Below are positions 27,120 through 37,469 of a stretch of 64,000 nt of DNA, in pieces. Under the pieces are notes generated by a model. That model ran no database searches and had not been told where the DNA came from. It worked only from the letters and a program-made list of their open reading frames with translations. A program made the translations under genes and the position numbers. This DNA is from an uncultured Acetatifactor sp. (GTDB lineage: Bacteria > Bacillota > Clostridia > Lachnospirales > Lachnospiraceae), in NCBI GenBank assembly GCA_910578815.1, contig CAJTSE010000007.1, forward strand, positions 103,739 through 167,738, given 5' to 3'. The first letter of the stretch is position 1, and each line of letters starts with the position of its first letter.

Positions 27120-28775
27120 TCACTTTGTCAGTACTACCGTGGTCACGCTTCCTCCTGGAATGATCACCGGCTTTGAGGGGTCAAACGCTTCTTCCAGGGT
27201 ACACTCCAGATCATAATCCTCCGAAGTTACATACATAGCGATCCGGCTGTACCCTTCCACGCCCTCCAGCACAAACTCCTGCTCTGCATATTCATCCTTG
27301 GTGGTCTTTTCGTCCGCGGGCTGCCCGTCTTTTGTTTTGTCATTGATAAATACCATCACCAGCTCCTGCTCCCCGTTGTCGTTTGTACCCACAAAAGCTG
27401 TCGGCAGCATTTTCTCCTGCTCGCCGTCCCCGGCCTGAATGTCTACCCGCACATACCCTGGCCGGACATACCTGCTGTAATTTCCAAAGCTCCAAAGCCG
27501 CTTTAAGACCCTGTACTTCTGGCTGGACTCATCTATGTAAATCAGTCCGTCCCTGTATCCGCCGGGAGCCACGGCCACCCAGTTCTGCCAGGACACCACA
27601 TCCAGAATCCGCAAATCCTCGGCAATCTCCTGAGCGATATGAATGGCGGAATCCATGGTAAAGTCACTGCCATTTACCATCTCGCACCACTCGCTGGTAC
27701 GGATCTTCACATCAGGGTAATGAACCTCCATCCAGTTCTTAAAATTCTTCTTATCCCCGGTGTCAGACCAGTAAGAATGGTTGTCAATGGTGTCAAAATG
27801 CTCCTGAAGCCTCATCGTATTTAAAATAGCGGAGGTATAGCCGACGGCATCCCCCTTCCACTCGCCGCTCTCCGGGCCGGACAGCTTCACACCCGTCAGG
27901 GACGGTCTGCTCTCCAGTTCCTCCAGAAAGGCCACATACACCTTCGCGGTCTCCGTCTTTGCAAAGTGACATCCCTCCTGTCCGTTGTACCAATCCCACT
28001 GAGGCTCGTTGATGGGGGAAATAAACTTCACCGGAATTCCCTCTTCTATAAAATGCTCCGCCACATCCATGCAGTACTTAGCCCATTCTGAATAATTCTC
28101 AGGTACAATATTGGTCCTGCTGCCGCCCTCGGTCATATGGGCCATGCCGTTCTCCGTCAGCCGTACCAGCGGGCTGTTACAGAACAGCACTACTTCCTCC
28201 GCCCCCAGCTCGCTGACTTTCTTTAAAAACCAGACCGCATTGGCATCCCTGTCAAAATCATAAACCCCCGGCTCCGTCTCAAAACACTGCGCCCTCCGAT
28301 GATAGTCCCAGAATGTGCCGTTTTTGCTCTCCACCGATCCTGCCCCTAAATTAAACCTGTAACAGGTGAGACCAATGCCCTTTTCTTTGTCAAACAAAAG
28401 CGTGGCAATATCCTCCCTGGTGCTGACTCCCGTACCGTTGACATCCTTGGTGAACCCCCCCACGTACTGGCTCCACCAGGCGCCGCTGGTGCCGAAGCTT
28501 TCCATGGTCTGATAAGTAACACTTTCATCCACCACCATTTTACCGTAATTTGTCTCCTGCATCATATCCTCGCCGCTCCCATTTTTCTCATAATCCCCCT
28601 CCGAATTTCCGCTCTCCGGTTTTCTTCCTTCTATGTTCTCCTGCCCCGAAAGGGCCATGTCCGAAGGGGATGTCCCCGAAGGGGCATGCCCTGCCCCCTC
28701 AGGCTTTCCTGCGCCGCACCCTGCCAGCATCACGACCAGCCCCAGCGCCCCTAAAATCATACCTCGTTTTTTCAT
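27120..28775 (-). CDS. Lipoprotein glycoside hydrolase, GH30-like (O-glycosyl hydrolase family 30)
   Basis: Lipobox LAGC, then QTMESFGTSGAWW and a TIM-barrel-like core resembling GH30 beta-1,6-glycanases. Family call by eye. Confidence 0.6.
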   Translation of the reverse strand: MKKRGMILGALGLVVMLAGCGAGKPEGAGHAPSGTSPSDMALSGQENIEGRKPESGNSEGDYEKNGSGEDMMQETNYGKMVVDESVTYQTMESFGTSGAWWSQYVGGFTKDVNGTGVSTREDIATLLFDKEKGIGLTCYRFNLGAGSVESKNGTFWDYHRRAQCFETEPGVYDFDRDANAVWFLKKVSELGAEEVVLFCNSPLVRLTENGMAHMTEGGSRTNIVPENYSEWAKYCMDVAEHFIEEGIPVKFISPINEPQWDWYNGQEGCHFAKTETAKVYVAFLEELESRPSLTGVKLSGPESGEWKGDAVGYTSAILNTMRLQEHFDTIDNHSYWSDTGDKKNFKNWMEVHYPDVKIRTSEWCEMVNGSDFTMDSAIHIAQEIAEDLRILDVVSWQNWVAVAPGGYRDGLIYIDESSQKYRVLKRLWSFGNYSRYVRPGYVRVDIQAGDGEQEKMLPTAFVGTNDNGEQELVMVFINDKTKDGQPADEKTTKDEYAEQEFVLEGVEGYSRIAMYVTSEDYDLECTLEEAFDPSKPVIIPGGSVTTVVLTK

Positions 28776-28897
28776 TTTTCATATACCTCTGCCAATCCGG
28801 CTCCGACAGCAGCGCCGCCTTTACCGGTGCAAACAATTCGCGAACCAATGCAAACCCTGAAAAATCACTGCTGTCAAAGTGCCAAACCCGCACCTGA

Positions 28898-28941
28898 GAA
28901 GAATTGCCGCAAGGCAATTCTTCCAGGCGAAACTTTCGCCT
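28898..28941 (-). repeat. Twin stem-loop module immediately after the permease stop (simple copy)
   Basis: GAAGAATTGCC-gcaa-GGCAATTCTTC (28898-28923) and AGGCGA-aactt-TCGCCT (28925-28941). Same two-hairpin design as 27032-27117. Confidence 0.75.
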
Positions 28942-28942
28942 T

Positions 28943-29974
28943 TTAGCCAACCAATCCCGAATTCTCCATATTCTCCACCAGCTTCCTCTGGCCGATCAAA
29001 TAAACGATTGCCAGCGGGATCAGGAAGATCAGCACCGCCGCCTGCTTCACGGCGTCAAAGGCTATATCCGTCACCAGCGGGATCTCATACCAAGTCCGCA
29101 GGGCATTCTGAATATACTCTTTATTAGCCGAGGTAAAGGTGGAGGAAAGGAGCGTACTCATATAGGCCCCCTCCGGGTTAAAGTAGTTTGTAAAATAAGT
29201 ATCCCCGTAATTCCACACAAAGGAGAGAATGCCCACGGTGGAGATGATAGGTACGGCATTGGGAATCATAATCTTAAAGTAAGTCCTGTAAAAGCCACAG
29301 CCGTCAATCAGCGCCGCTTCTTCCAGTTCCTTGGGAATGTTCTTGAAGAACTGGCTGAAGAGGAAGATGAACAGACTCTGATTCACGCCAAAGCCAAACA
29401 CCGCCAGCATCACCAAGGCTATAGGGTTATTAATCAGCTTGATCTCCCCCGCCGCCGTAAAAATATCCATGATGCCCAGAACGTCAAAATGGGTAAAGTA
29501 AATGTACTGTGCCAGCAGCAGCGACTGTCTGGGAAGCAGGAATACCACAATTACCAGCGCAAACACCAGCTTTCTGCCCGGAAAGTCCACTCTGGCCAGG
29601 GCATAGCCCACCATGGCCGAGAAAAACACCTGAATCACCATGATCCCTGCGGCATAGCCCACGGACTTGATGATAGTCATAACTCCCTCCGGCATCACCA
29701 GCCGCACTGCCGCCTTAAAGCTCACAGTGGAATTCTTTAAGGGAATCCAGATCACATTAGGGTTGCCCAGATCCTCTATGGAAGAAAACACGATGGGCAC
29801 CAGTTTTAAAATAGGATAAATGATGGTAAAGCAAAGCCCCAGGATCAGCACCATGGAAAATACCTTTACCACTCCCCTTTTGGAGCGGTTTTTAAACAGA
29901 TAAATTGCCAGAGAGGCGTCATTTCCCGCCTTAATCTTATTTTTCTTATGGCCCATATTTTTCTTATTTTGCAT
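28943..29974 (-). CDS. Carbohydrate ABC transporter permease (CUT1 family, MalG-like), second pair
   Basis: Six TM helices with the EAA-type loop LEEAALIDGCGFYRTYFKIMIPNAVP. Confidence 0.85.
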   Translation of the reverse strand: MQNKKNMGHKKNKIKAGNDASLAIYLFKNRSKRGVVKVFSMVLILGLCFTIIYPILKLVPIVFSSIEDLGNPNVIWIPLKNSTVSFKAAVRLVMPEGVMTIIKSVGYAAGIMVIQVFFSAMVGYALARVDFPGRKLVFALVIVVFLLPRQSLLLAQYIYFTHFDVLGIMDIFTAAGEIKLINNPIALVMLAVFGFGVNQSLFIFLFSQFFKNIPKELEEAALIDGCGFYRTYFKIMIPNAVPIISTVGILSFVWNYGDTYFTNYFNPEGAYMSTLLSSTFTSANKEYIQNALRTWYEIPLVTDIAFDAVKQAAVLIFLIPLAIVYLIGQRKLVENMENSGLVG

Positions 29975-30884
29975 TCTTTTTTACCACCTTTCCCATCAGC
30001 AGCATGACAATCCCCAGCACCGCCAGCACGTTCAGGATATAAACCACCGAAAGCGCCGACCCGATCCCGATCTTATTCTGTGTAAACGCAAAGCTGTAGG
30101 CTTCTTCGGCAATGGCTGACCTTAAGAACAAATCCACCACGGTGTAAATGACTACAAACAGCGTAATATGAATGATAGAAGGAATCGTTACCTTCCAGAA
30201 GGTCTCATAGGCCGTGGCGCCCTCCATCTTTGCCACCTCGTAAAGGCTGGGACTGATGGACTGCAGGGCCGTCAGGTACACAAGGGTCTGCACGCCTGCC
30301 TGAGAAATCAGTTCAAATATATTTTCCACATAATTCATGATCGGAAACAAAATCCGTCTTGGCACATTCAGCACCCGCATTAAAAACACGGTGATATAGC
30401 TCCCGCTCAGCAGGCTGCTGCCCGTATCCAGCGATTCTCCGGCTCCGGTGGTCATGGTCAGCATTTCCACCACCACGTCGATCCCAAGTATGATGGGCAG
30501 GAAAAAGATCAGCCTCACAAGGGCCCTGCCCTTAAATTTCTGATTTGCCAGCAGTGCCATAAACAGGCTGAAAATCACGATCAGAGGCACGCTGATTAAC
30601 ATGTTGGTGTTTTCTTCCGTAAACAGCCTTGCCATGGGCTGCGAATTCGTTGTTACCTCCGTGGCAAACAGGTCAATATAATTCTGAATGCCCACCCACT
30701 CGAAGGTCATTCCGCCGGTCTCACCCACACCGATCTTGTTAAAGGAATAAAAGATGGTATTGACCAGCGGCATCAGGAAGAAGGCAATAAAGCCGATGAT
30801 AAAGGGAGAGGCAAAAATCAGCCCGTTTATCTTTTTTCTGGTTCTGTATGGAAGTTTCTTACTGCTACTGCTGCCCTTCATCAC
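29964..30884 (-). CDS. Sugar ABC transporter permease (MalF-like), second pair
   Basis: Polytopic, with the loop LYEVAKMEGATAYETFWKVTIPS. Confidence 0.85.
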   Translation of the reverse strand: MMKGSSSSKKLPYRTRKKINGLIFASPFIIGFIAFFLMPLVNTIFYSFNKIGVGETGGMTFEWVGIQNYIDLFATEVTTNSQPMARLFTEENTNMLISVPLIVIFSLFMALLANQKFKGRALVRLIFFLPIILGIDVVVEMLTMTTGAGESLDTGSSLLSGSYITVFLMRVLNVPRRILFPIMNYVENIFELISQAGVQTLVYLTALQSISPSLYEVAKMEGATAYETFWKVTIPSIIHITLFVVIYTVVDLFLRSAIAEEAYSFAFTQNKIGIGSALSVVYILNVLAVLGIVMLLMGKVVKKNAK

Positions 30885-33493
30885 TGCACCTCCTTTACAA
30901 GATAGCTCTCCGCCTCCATGACGGTTCCATCCTCCAGGGTTACATCATACAAATTATAGTTTACCGTCACCTCTGCGCCCGTGGCGTAGACTGTCCGGTA
31001 CACACCGTCCGCAAGGCACTCATGCCCCGTGATCTCGCTGGTGCCGATCTTGGAGCGGATTTCTCTGCATTCCTCATACACCGCCCGGATCTGATCCTGA
31101 ATCAGCGGATACTGTACGGAATAAAGGTAGCTGTAATCACTGTCCCGCAGCACATCCACATTTTTCGCCGTCACGGTAAACTTCGGATATGCTCCCGTCT
31201 CCGCAGCCTGCAGTATAAAGTAGGCCGGATTTCTGGAGGATAAATTTACATCCTCCGTAGTATAGTCGATCAATCCGTTCATCACCAGCTGCTTAAAGGG
31301 AATGGTCACGGCAAAGGTAATATAATCGCTGCTTTCCCGTGAAACATCCACGGCTATACTGCCATACCCGATCTTATCCATATGAGGATTGGTCAGCGCC
31401 AGCTCCCTGCCCTCCGCCAGCTTTGCCAGATTATCCTCCAGCACCAGGTTGCCCTGCTCGCCGCTGACAAACTCATTAAAACGGTAGTCAGCATAATACA
31501 TGCCCGCCATATCTCCCACCGACAGGTACTTATTATTTCCGGCCTGCTTTAAAAAGCCGTCCGTAACGCCGCTTAGATAACCCGGTGACAGGGTATAATA
31601 GGTATCATGCTCCATCCCGTCGGAAAGAGCGGACAGCTTGATTCCCAGCACCGACATATAGCGGGAATTCACTGCCGGATCATTGGCAAAGTCCCTGACT
31701 GCCTGTCTGGAAGCCCGAAATCCGTTGCCGCCCTCCCAGACTCTCGTCAGTGATGTTTCCAGAAACAGCGGAATGCCGTTTGCCTCTGCATATTCCTGCA
31801 CAGCTTTAAAATCCTTTTTGCTGCCGTTGCTGGCGGAAAGCCTGGCCCTGTTATTCATCCTCCCGTTCCAGCCGTTGTTAAAGACTCCGTCATACTGTAC
31901 ATAAAGCAAGGTTCCCTGTAGATCCTCCATCATCGCCAACAGCTCTTCGTAATCCGTCATGGAGTATTCGCTGCTGTAAGGAATGCCCACAAAGCGCTTG
32001 GTCACGTTCAGCGCCCCCACCGCCTCCAGATACAGCCTGGCGGAACCGTCATCATAGCTCTTTTCAATCCCTTCTCTTGCGGCCAGATATTCTTTATAGC
32101 CTGCGGCCAGATCATAATAGCCCGTCTTTGCCCCGTAGAATTGGTAGCGCACCGTGCAGTCAAGATCCTGGGTCCCCGTATTCACCAGATAATTGGCGGA
32201 ATCACTGCTGTAGGGGCCGTATATTTTTGTCTTACTGTACTGCGCCAGTTCAAAGGAAGCAAAGACTTTATTATATTTGGAACTGTCTGCATCCACGCTG
32301 GCCAGCTTCATGTGAAGATAGCCGTTTCGGTCTCCCTCTTCCACAATGGCCAGGAAGCCCTTCTCCGTCTTCTGCGCAGGCCCGTAAATCATGCCGAATA
32401 CCGGCATGTACAGCTCTTCCCCATACTGGGGCTGGAAATAATAGTCCTTGTAATAATCATTGTCATAAAAGGGCCGCTCATACTCTCTGACATCCGCCTG
32501 ATAAGAATTAAAATCCACCAGCGCGCCGCTGCCGTCGGGAATCAGAATCTGACCTTCTTCATACTGCTTTGCGGTCGCTGCCCCGAAATTAGGCAGTACG
32601 TCGATCTCCTGTATGGTATAGTAATCATTATGATTCACACAGGCCCCCACGGGAAGATGCGCCTTCAGCTCCCCTTCCTCCAGGGTGATCTCCAGCACCA
32701 GGTCAAACTGTGCCGGCTCCGCAAAGGATACGGAAAAGCCAAAGGTGTCCGCGTCCTCCAAAAGCATTTCCTGGGTATAACCCACCAGGCCGGCCACCTC
32801 AATCATCTGCGTCACGGCGCTGGCAGGGGGCGTGCCCACATAAGTCACAGCGTAGCATTCCTCCTGCAGGCTCTTCTTGTATATCAGCGAAAGTGTCTGC
32901 AGATACCTGTTTGCCTTTGTTTCCTCCAGCTCACCGCTGTCCCGCAGGCTCTCAATGCCCCCCTTAAACATCTCTTCAAATCTTTCCGGGGACATTTTTT
33001 TCGGCAGGAATTCATAAAATCTGTTGGAGCTGCCTTCGTTCAGATTCATGTCAATCCTGACTCCATTTTCCAGCCGGTACAGCTCATAGGCGCCCAGAGC
33101 CACGCTCTGATCGTAGGAATTCCACTCATAAATGTTATTATCCTCTCCCAGGTAGGTAAGCACCAGCAGCGCCTTCTCGCTTCCGGCATCCGCGCCTTTT
33201 ACGGCTGTGGAAAAAACATTTCCCCTTTCGTCCTTCACCTCAAGGGTCAGCTCTTTGGTATTGATGGACAAGGTCCTGCCGCCGTTTTCGGCCAGCACTA
33301 CCTTCCCCTCTTCCTTGTCAAGCGGCTCCCCGGTTAAAGGCTCCCTGGAGGTCGTTTCCGGCACAGCGGATTTTCTGACGCTCCACACCGGAATGCTTAC
33401 CAGTACATAGAGCAATGCCGCCGCCAACAGAATCGTCAGGAAGATCTTGCCTATGGTATGCTTTGCATAAAAAGATTTTATTTTATTCACCAT
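30881..33493 (-). CDS. 870-aa N-terminally membrane-anchored extracytoplasmic protein of unknown function (possibly DUF5696-like; unverified recollection)
   Basis: Single N-terminal TM helix, then a large soluble region with no catalytic motif I can name. ATGA-type overlap with the downstream permease gene. Confidence 0.6.
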   Translation of the reverse strand: MVNKIKSFYAKHTIGKIFLTILLAAALLYVLVSIPVWSVRKSAVPETTSREPLTGEPLDKEEGKVVLAENGGRTLSINTKELTLEVKDERGNVFSTAVKGADAGSEKALLVLTYLGEDNNIYEWNSYDQSVALGAYELYRLENGVRIDMNLNEGSSNRFYEFLPKKMSPERFEEMFKGGIESLRDSGELEETKANRYLQTLSLIYKKSLQEECYAVTYVGTPPASAVTQMIEVAGLVGYTQEMLLEDADTFGFSVSFAEPAQFDLVLEITLEEGELKAHLPVGACVNHNDYYTIQEIDVLPNFGAATAKQYEEGQILIPDGSGALVDFNSYQADVREYERPFYDNDYYKDYYFQPQYGEELYMPVFGMIYGPAQKTEKGFLAIVEEGDRNGYLHMKLASVDADSSKYNKVFASFELAQYSKTKIYGPYSSDSANYLVNTGTQDLDCTVRYQFYGAKTGYYDLAAGYKEYLAAREGIEKSYDDGSARLYLEAVGALNVTKRFVGIPYSSEYSMTDYEELLAMMEDLQGTLLYVQYDGVFNNGWNGRMNNRARLSASNGSKKDFKAVQEYAEANGIPLFLETSLTRVWEGGNGFRASRQAVRDFANDPAVNSRYMSVLGIKLSALSDGMEHDTYYTLSPGYLSGVTDGFLKQAGNNKYLSVGDMAGMYYADYRFNEFVSGEQGNLVLEDNLAKLAEGRELALTNPHMDKIGYGSIAVDVSRESSDYITFAVTIPFKQLVMNGLIDYTTEDVNLSSRNPAYFILQAAETGAYPKFTVTAKNVDVLRDSDYSYLYSVQYPLIQDQIRAVYEECREIRSKIGTSEITGHECLADGVYRTVYATGAEVTVNYNLYDVTLEDGTVMEAESYLVKEVQ

Positions 33494-33502
33494 GCTCCCC
33501 TC

Positions 33503-34132
33503 CTACATCCTGCGGATAAATTCCTGAACAACATCCACGATAAAGGTAATCATCTGCTCCATCAGAGTAAAGAACAGCACCCCCAGAAAAATGATAATCG
33601 CCGCCGCCACAAAGCTTAAGGCAATGGAGGCTATGTTTTTTCCGAAGGAATATTCATGAATGGTACACAGACCGGCTACGATCATGAACAGGAACCAGAC
33701 GATTCCGATGCCGGTAATCACATTCACGATCATGATTTCCTCGCGGATGATAAAATTGCTCAGGATGATCTGCACCACCATCATCAGTTCCAGCGGGATC
33801 AGCGAGTACCCGATGACCTGCGTAATATCTCCCAGCCCCCCCTTACCGTTTAAGAGGGTAGTCACAGACCAGTTGCTGACAATAAACAGTACAAATCCCG
33901 CCACCCAGGTAGCAAAGACGGAAAGGCTGTTCATAGCCGCCACCTGGGCGGTATTCATGACAAAGCCCGTGTACTGATAGCTGACACACTGCAGAATCCC
34001 AAACAGGATAATGGAAAGCACCGCAATCAGCAGACTTCCCTTGCCCCGGAAGCGGATCTCGTAAAAGGCGTCAAAGGGATGGAAAAAGGAATACTTCAAA
34101 TAGTACAATTTTTCTTTCATCTGCGCTTTCAT
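33503..34132 (-). CDS. Yip1-domain integral membrane protein (5 TM)
   Basis: 209 aa. N-terminal FFHPFDAFYEIRF..., then five hydrophobic helices, with GYSLIPL in the middle, as in bacterial YIP1-family proteins. Confidence 0.6.
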   Translation of the reverse strand: MKAQMKEKLYYLKYSFFHPFDAFYEIRFRGKGSLLIAVLSIILFGILQCVSYQYTGFVMNTAQVAAMNSLSVFATWVAGFVLFIVSNWSVTTLLNGKGGLGDITQVIGYSLIPLELMMVVQIILSNFIIREEIMIVNVITGIGIVWFLFMIVAGLCTIHEYSFGKNIASIALSFVAAAIIIFLGVLFFTLMEQMITFIVDVVQEFIRRM

Positions 34133-35655
34133 TTTTCCTCTCCTTTCTTCCGCACTGCCCTCTGCTTTTGTTTTTTACCTTTTCCCTGACTTTTGTGGTA
34201 TCGGATCTCGGACCAGATCACCGCCCCCACAATCAGGAGCAGCAGCGTCATGACGATGCCGAAATGTTCCTCCAGCCACTTACCCCGGTATCCGTTATAA
34301 GCCTTGGAGTAAAACTCCCTGTTATTTCCCAGCTTAAAATAATACATCGCCGTCTCATAATCATCCTTCATCAGATAATTCTTGCCGATGCCGTTGTAAG
34401 CCACCTCGTAATTGGCATTCAGGGCCACCGCCTTTTCAAAAGAGACCAGCGCCTCGTCCCATCTGCCGAAATAATAGCTCTCGTTTCCGTCCAGCACGGC
34501 CTGGCCAAAAGCGGTAGGCGCCAGGATATAAAGACATTTCAAGGTTTTATCGGCGGTCACCAGCTTATCCCCCAGCCAGGCAATGGAAACGGGATTTTTA
34601 TATTCTCCCTTCAGATTTCCCATGCTGCCAAATACATTCAGGATCTGACCGTCGAAATCATACAGGAAAATACGTCCCTTGTTTTTGTCCAGCAGAGCAT
34701 AGGTACCATAGTCCGTCACGGCAATGTCCACAAACTGGCTTCCCAGATCGTCTGAGTGCATGGACCAGATGTCGCCGACCACACTTATATTTTCCTGCTC
34801 CCTCAATACGTTTTCGCCCTTTGAATTCAGGCGGAACACGTAATCCTGCGCGGAGGTGTCATAGGTCACCGCCATCACAAAGCCTTCGCCGTCCAGGGTG
34901 ATATTGTTAAAAGCAGGCGCATAGGTCTTGGACATCTGTGCCTTCTGCTCGTCGCTGGAAAGAGACTTCCAGAAATAGTCCATAAAGCTGTATACGGGCA
35001 CATTCACGCCGTAATATCCGCTGAAATCTCCCTCTGCGGTCAGTTCCAGTATCCCCTCATAGCTGGACTGCACCACCACATAGATCCGGTTTGCAAGGTC
35101 TACCGTAATCTTGGAAGGCTTGAACTGCGCGTCTCCGGAAAGATTTTCCGGACACCCGATGATCCGTTTCAGGCTGTAGTCCTCCAGATTCAGCACCACA
35201 ATTCTCTGGGCCCCGGTATCCGCAATATAAATTTCCTGCTCCTGCTCATGAATCCAGACGCCCTCCGGATTCGTCAGCATAATCTGGTTTCCGTCCTCAT
35301 CCAGAGCAATCTTTCCCTCGCTGTTCCGCAGCAGCTTTACGGAATGAAGATAATTTCCGTCACTGTCCAGAATATTCATGCGGCTCTCCAGCGAGTCGAT
35401 CATAAAGATCCTGCCATCCTTACTGGTATCCACGTCATCCACGCTGGACAGCTTGGTGCCGTTTAAGTTTTCCGCCGTGATGGTCCGCTCCAGCATAAAG
35501 GCCGCCGGACTTTCCTTGGCACCCCCGTAATAGCCGTAGGTATAGCCGTCGTATACAACGCTGCTGCCGTCGGCAGCGGATGCCTGCGCTGTCATGGGAA
35601 GCAGCATGGCTGCCGCCAGGACCGCTCCCAGGCATTTTAAATTCCTTTTCTTCAT
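34129..35655 (-). CDS. Secreted beta-propeller (NHL-like repeats) plus TPR protein with a C-terminal TM anchor
   Basis: Signal peptide ...PMTAQASA, repeated DxxGxIYVxD-type blades (IFMIDSLESRMNILDSDG, IYIADTGAQRIVVLN, ...), a TPR segment (WDEALVSFEKAVALNANYEVAYNGIGKNYLMKDDYETAMYYFKLG), and a terminal TM helix plus basic tail. Confidence 0.6.
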   Translation of the reverse strand: MKKRNLKCLGAVLAAAMLLPMTAQASAADGSSVVYDGYTYGYYGGAKESPAAFMLERTITAENLNGTKLSSVDDVDTSKDGRIFMIDSLESRMNILDSDGNYLHSVKLLRNSEGKIALDEDGNQIMLTNPEGVWIHEQEQEIYIADTGAQRIVVLNLEDYSLKRIIGCPENLSGDAQFKPSKITVDLANRIYVVVQSSYEGILELTAEGDFSGYYGVNVPVYSFMDYFWKSLSSDEQKAQMSKTYAPAFNNITLDGEGFVMAVTYDTSAQDYVFRLNSKGENVLREQENISVVGDIWSMHSDDLGSQFVDIAVTDYGTYALLDKNKGRIFLYDFDGQILNVFGSMGNLKGEYKNPVSIAWLGDKLVTADKTLKCLYILAPTAFGQAVLDGNESYYFGRWDEALVSFEKAVALNANYEVAYNGIGKNYLMKDDYETAMYYFKLGNNREFYSKAYNGYRGKWLEEHFGIVMTLLLLIVGAVIWSEIRYHKSQGKGKKQKQRAVRKKGEEK

Positions 35656-35666
35656 GCTGCCCCCTC

Positions 35667-36554
35667 CTATCCTTTGATTCCAGACGTGGCCATGGTCTCA
35701 ATGACATTGCTCTGAGAGATCACGAACACCGTGATCGGTACGATAATCATAATCAGGGAAACCGCCGAGGTCACACCCGTTCTGGAAATACCGCCGCTCG
35801 CCAGCTGGGAAAGCACATAGCTCAAGGGCTTAAGTTCTTCAGAATAAATGAATACGCCGCCTGTGGTTCCCCACATCTGCTGAAAGGAAAGAATCACCAG
35901 GGTAATCCAGGCCGGCTTGCACAGGGGCATTACCACCTTAAAGTAAATTCCGAACTCGGAAGCACCGTCAATCTTGGCCGCCTCCAGCATATCATCCGGC
36001 ACCTGGACCATAAAGTTCTTCATAAGGTACAGCCCCAGAGTTCCTCCCACCGCAGGCAGAATCACCGCCCAGTAGGTATCAATCATGCGCAGCCCGCTCA
36101 TAATCAGATAGTTGGGAATCGCCGTTACCGATGTGCTGAACATCAGGGCATACACGATCAGATTACTCATGAATTTGGAGCCCGGAAATTCATACTTTGC
36201 CAGGGGATAGGCGGCCATGGAGCCCAAAAATACCGTGCCGAATGTCCCCACTCCCGTAATTACCAGAGTGTTAAACAGGTAACGGGAAAGCGGCACCGTA
36301 AAATCCTCGATGATCGTTCCCAAGTCGAAAAAATTATCCAGCGTAGGATTATCCACCGTGAGCCTGGGCGGGAAAATAAAGATTTCCGACAAAGGCTTGA
36401 AGGCACTGACGATTGTATATACCAGCGGGAACAGACTGAACAGTCCAAACAGCCCCAGGACCACAAACAGTACAATATCTCCTCCCAGGCTCCTGTTCCT
36501 TCTTTTCAGCTTCCGCTGCTTTAATTTATGGCTGATAAATTTGAATAGTTTCAT
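35667..36554 (-). CDS. Carbohydrate ABC transporter permease (MalG-like), first pair
   Basis: Six TM helices with the loop MLEAAKIDGASEFGIYFKVVMPLCKP. Confidence 0.85.
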   Translation of the reverse strand: MKLFKFISHKLKQRKLKRRNRSLGGDIVLFVVLGLFGLFSLFPLVYTIVSAFKPLSEIFIFPPRLTVDNPTLDNFFDLGTIIEDFTVPLSRYLFNTLVITGVGTFGTVFLGSMAAYPLAKYEFPGSKFMSNLIVYALMFSTSVTAIPNYLIMSGLRMIDTYWAVILPAVGGTLGLYLMKNFMVQVPDDMLEAAKIDGASEFGIYFKVVMPLCKPAWITLVILSFQQMWGTTGGVFIYSEELKPLSYVLSQLASGGISRTGVTSAVSLIMIIVPITVFVISQSNVIETMATSGIKG

Positions 36555-36566
36555 AATTAATTCCCC

Positions 36567-37469
36567 CTATCCTAATTTCCGCAGCAGCTTCTGCACAACA
36601 ATGTTACAGAACATCATGATCAGGAACAGAATCACCGCAATGGTACAGGCATACCCCAGCTCATAGCGGACATTGCCAAAATCATGCAGATGAGTAAGGA
36701 TCGTGTGGCCCGCGTAACCCACGGAGGGGAATCCCACCAGGTCGATGGACAGCTGAGACACGGACAGGGAACTGGTGATCTGCATCACCGCGCCGAACAT
36801 CAGCTGCGGCTTCATGGAAGGCAGAATAATATACCACAGCTCCTGCCAGCGGTTTTTGATGCCTTCCACCGAACCTGCCTCCAGCAGGGATTTATCCAGA
36901 TTCTGAAAGCCGGCGATAAAGGTCAGGAAGCTGACGCCCAGACTCAGCCAAAGCTGGACCACAATCAAGATGGGCATGATATATTCCTTCGTCACCAGCC
37001 ATTGAACAGCTTCCTGGGTGATACCCAGCTTCATCAGCCAGGCGTTCACCCATCCGTAAGAGTCGGATGAAAACAACAGCTTCCACACCAGATAAGCGTT
37101 GCCGGAGATGGACGGCGCGTAGAACACCAGCGTCATGATCGCCCTGGGAATTCTGGGCAGATCGTTTACCATCCATGCAAACAGAAAACACATAATATAA
37201 CTGACCGGTCCTGTAATGATTGCAAAGAACAACGTATTCTTGATTGCCGTCAAGAAAACGGAATCGTAAACAATCAGATCCAGGTAATTGCTCCAGCCCA
37301 CAAATTCAGGGGCCTCCACCATGTTAAAAGCGGTAAAGCTGAACACAATGGAAACCAGCACCGGCAGCAGGGTAAAGATCACAAATATCAGTCCGAAGGG
37401 CGCAATCATGATATACTTATACTTGTGCCTTCTCCAGGTATCGGCAAAACTATTCATATTTTTCTTCAT
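36567..37469 (-). CDS. Sugar ABC transporter permease (MalF-like), first pair
   Basis: Polytopic, with the loop LLEAGSVEGIKNRWQELWYIILPSMKP. Confidence 0.85.
   Translation of the reverse strand: MKKNMNSFADTWRRHKYKYIMIAPFGLIFVIFTLLPVLVSIVFSFTAFNMVEAPEFVGWSNYLDLIVYDSVFLTAIKNTLFFAIITGPVSYIMCFLFAWMVNDLPRIPRAIMTLVFYAPSISGNAYLVWKLLFSSDSYGWVNAWLMKLGITQEAVQWLVTKEYIMPILIVVQLWLSLGVSFLTFIAGFQNLDKSLLEAGSVEGIKNRWQELWYIILPSMKPQLMFGAVMQITSSLSVSQLSIDLVGFPSVGYAGHTILTHLHDFGNVRYELGYACTIAVILFLIMMFCNIVVQKLLRKLG

Noticed and set aside
32141-33337. 398-aa plus-strand ORF. Similar long antisense ORFs occur at 35580-36524, 37873-38730, 28904-29740, 12352-13125, 17435-18262, 40920-41501, 34168-34755 and 49209-49754.
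   Set aside because: These are shadow ORFs opposite well-supported genes. They show low-complexity or skewed composition (His/Arg/Pro/Gln-rich), no RBS and no recognisable domains.
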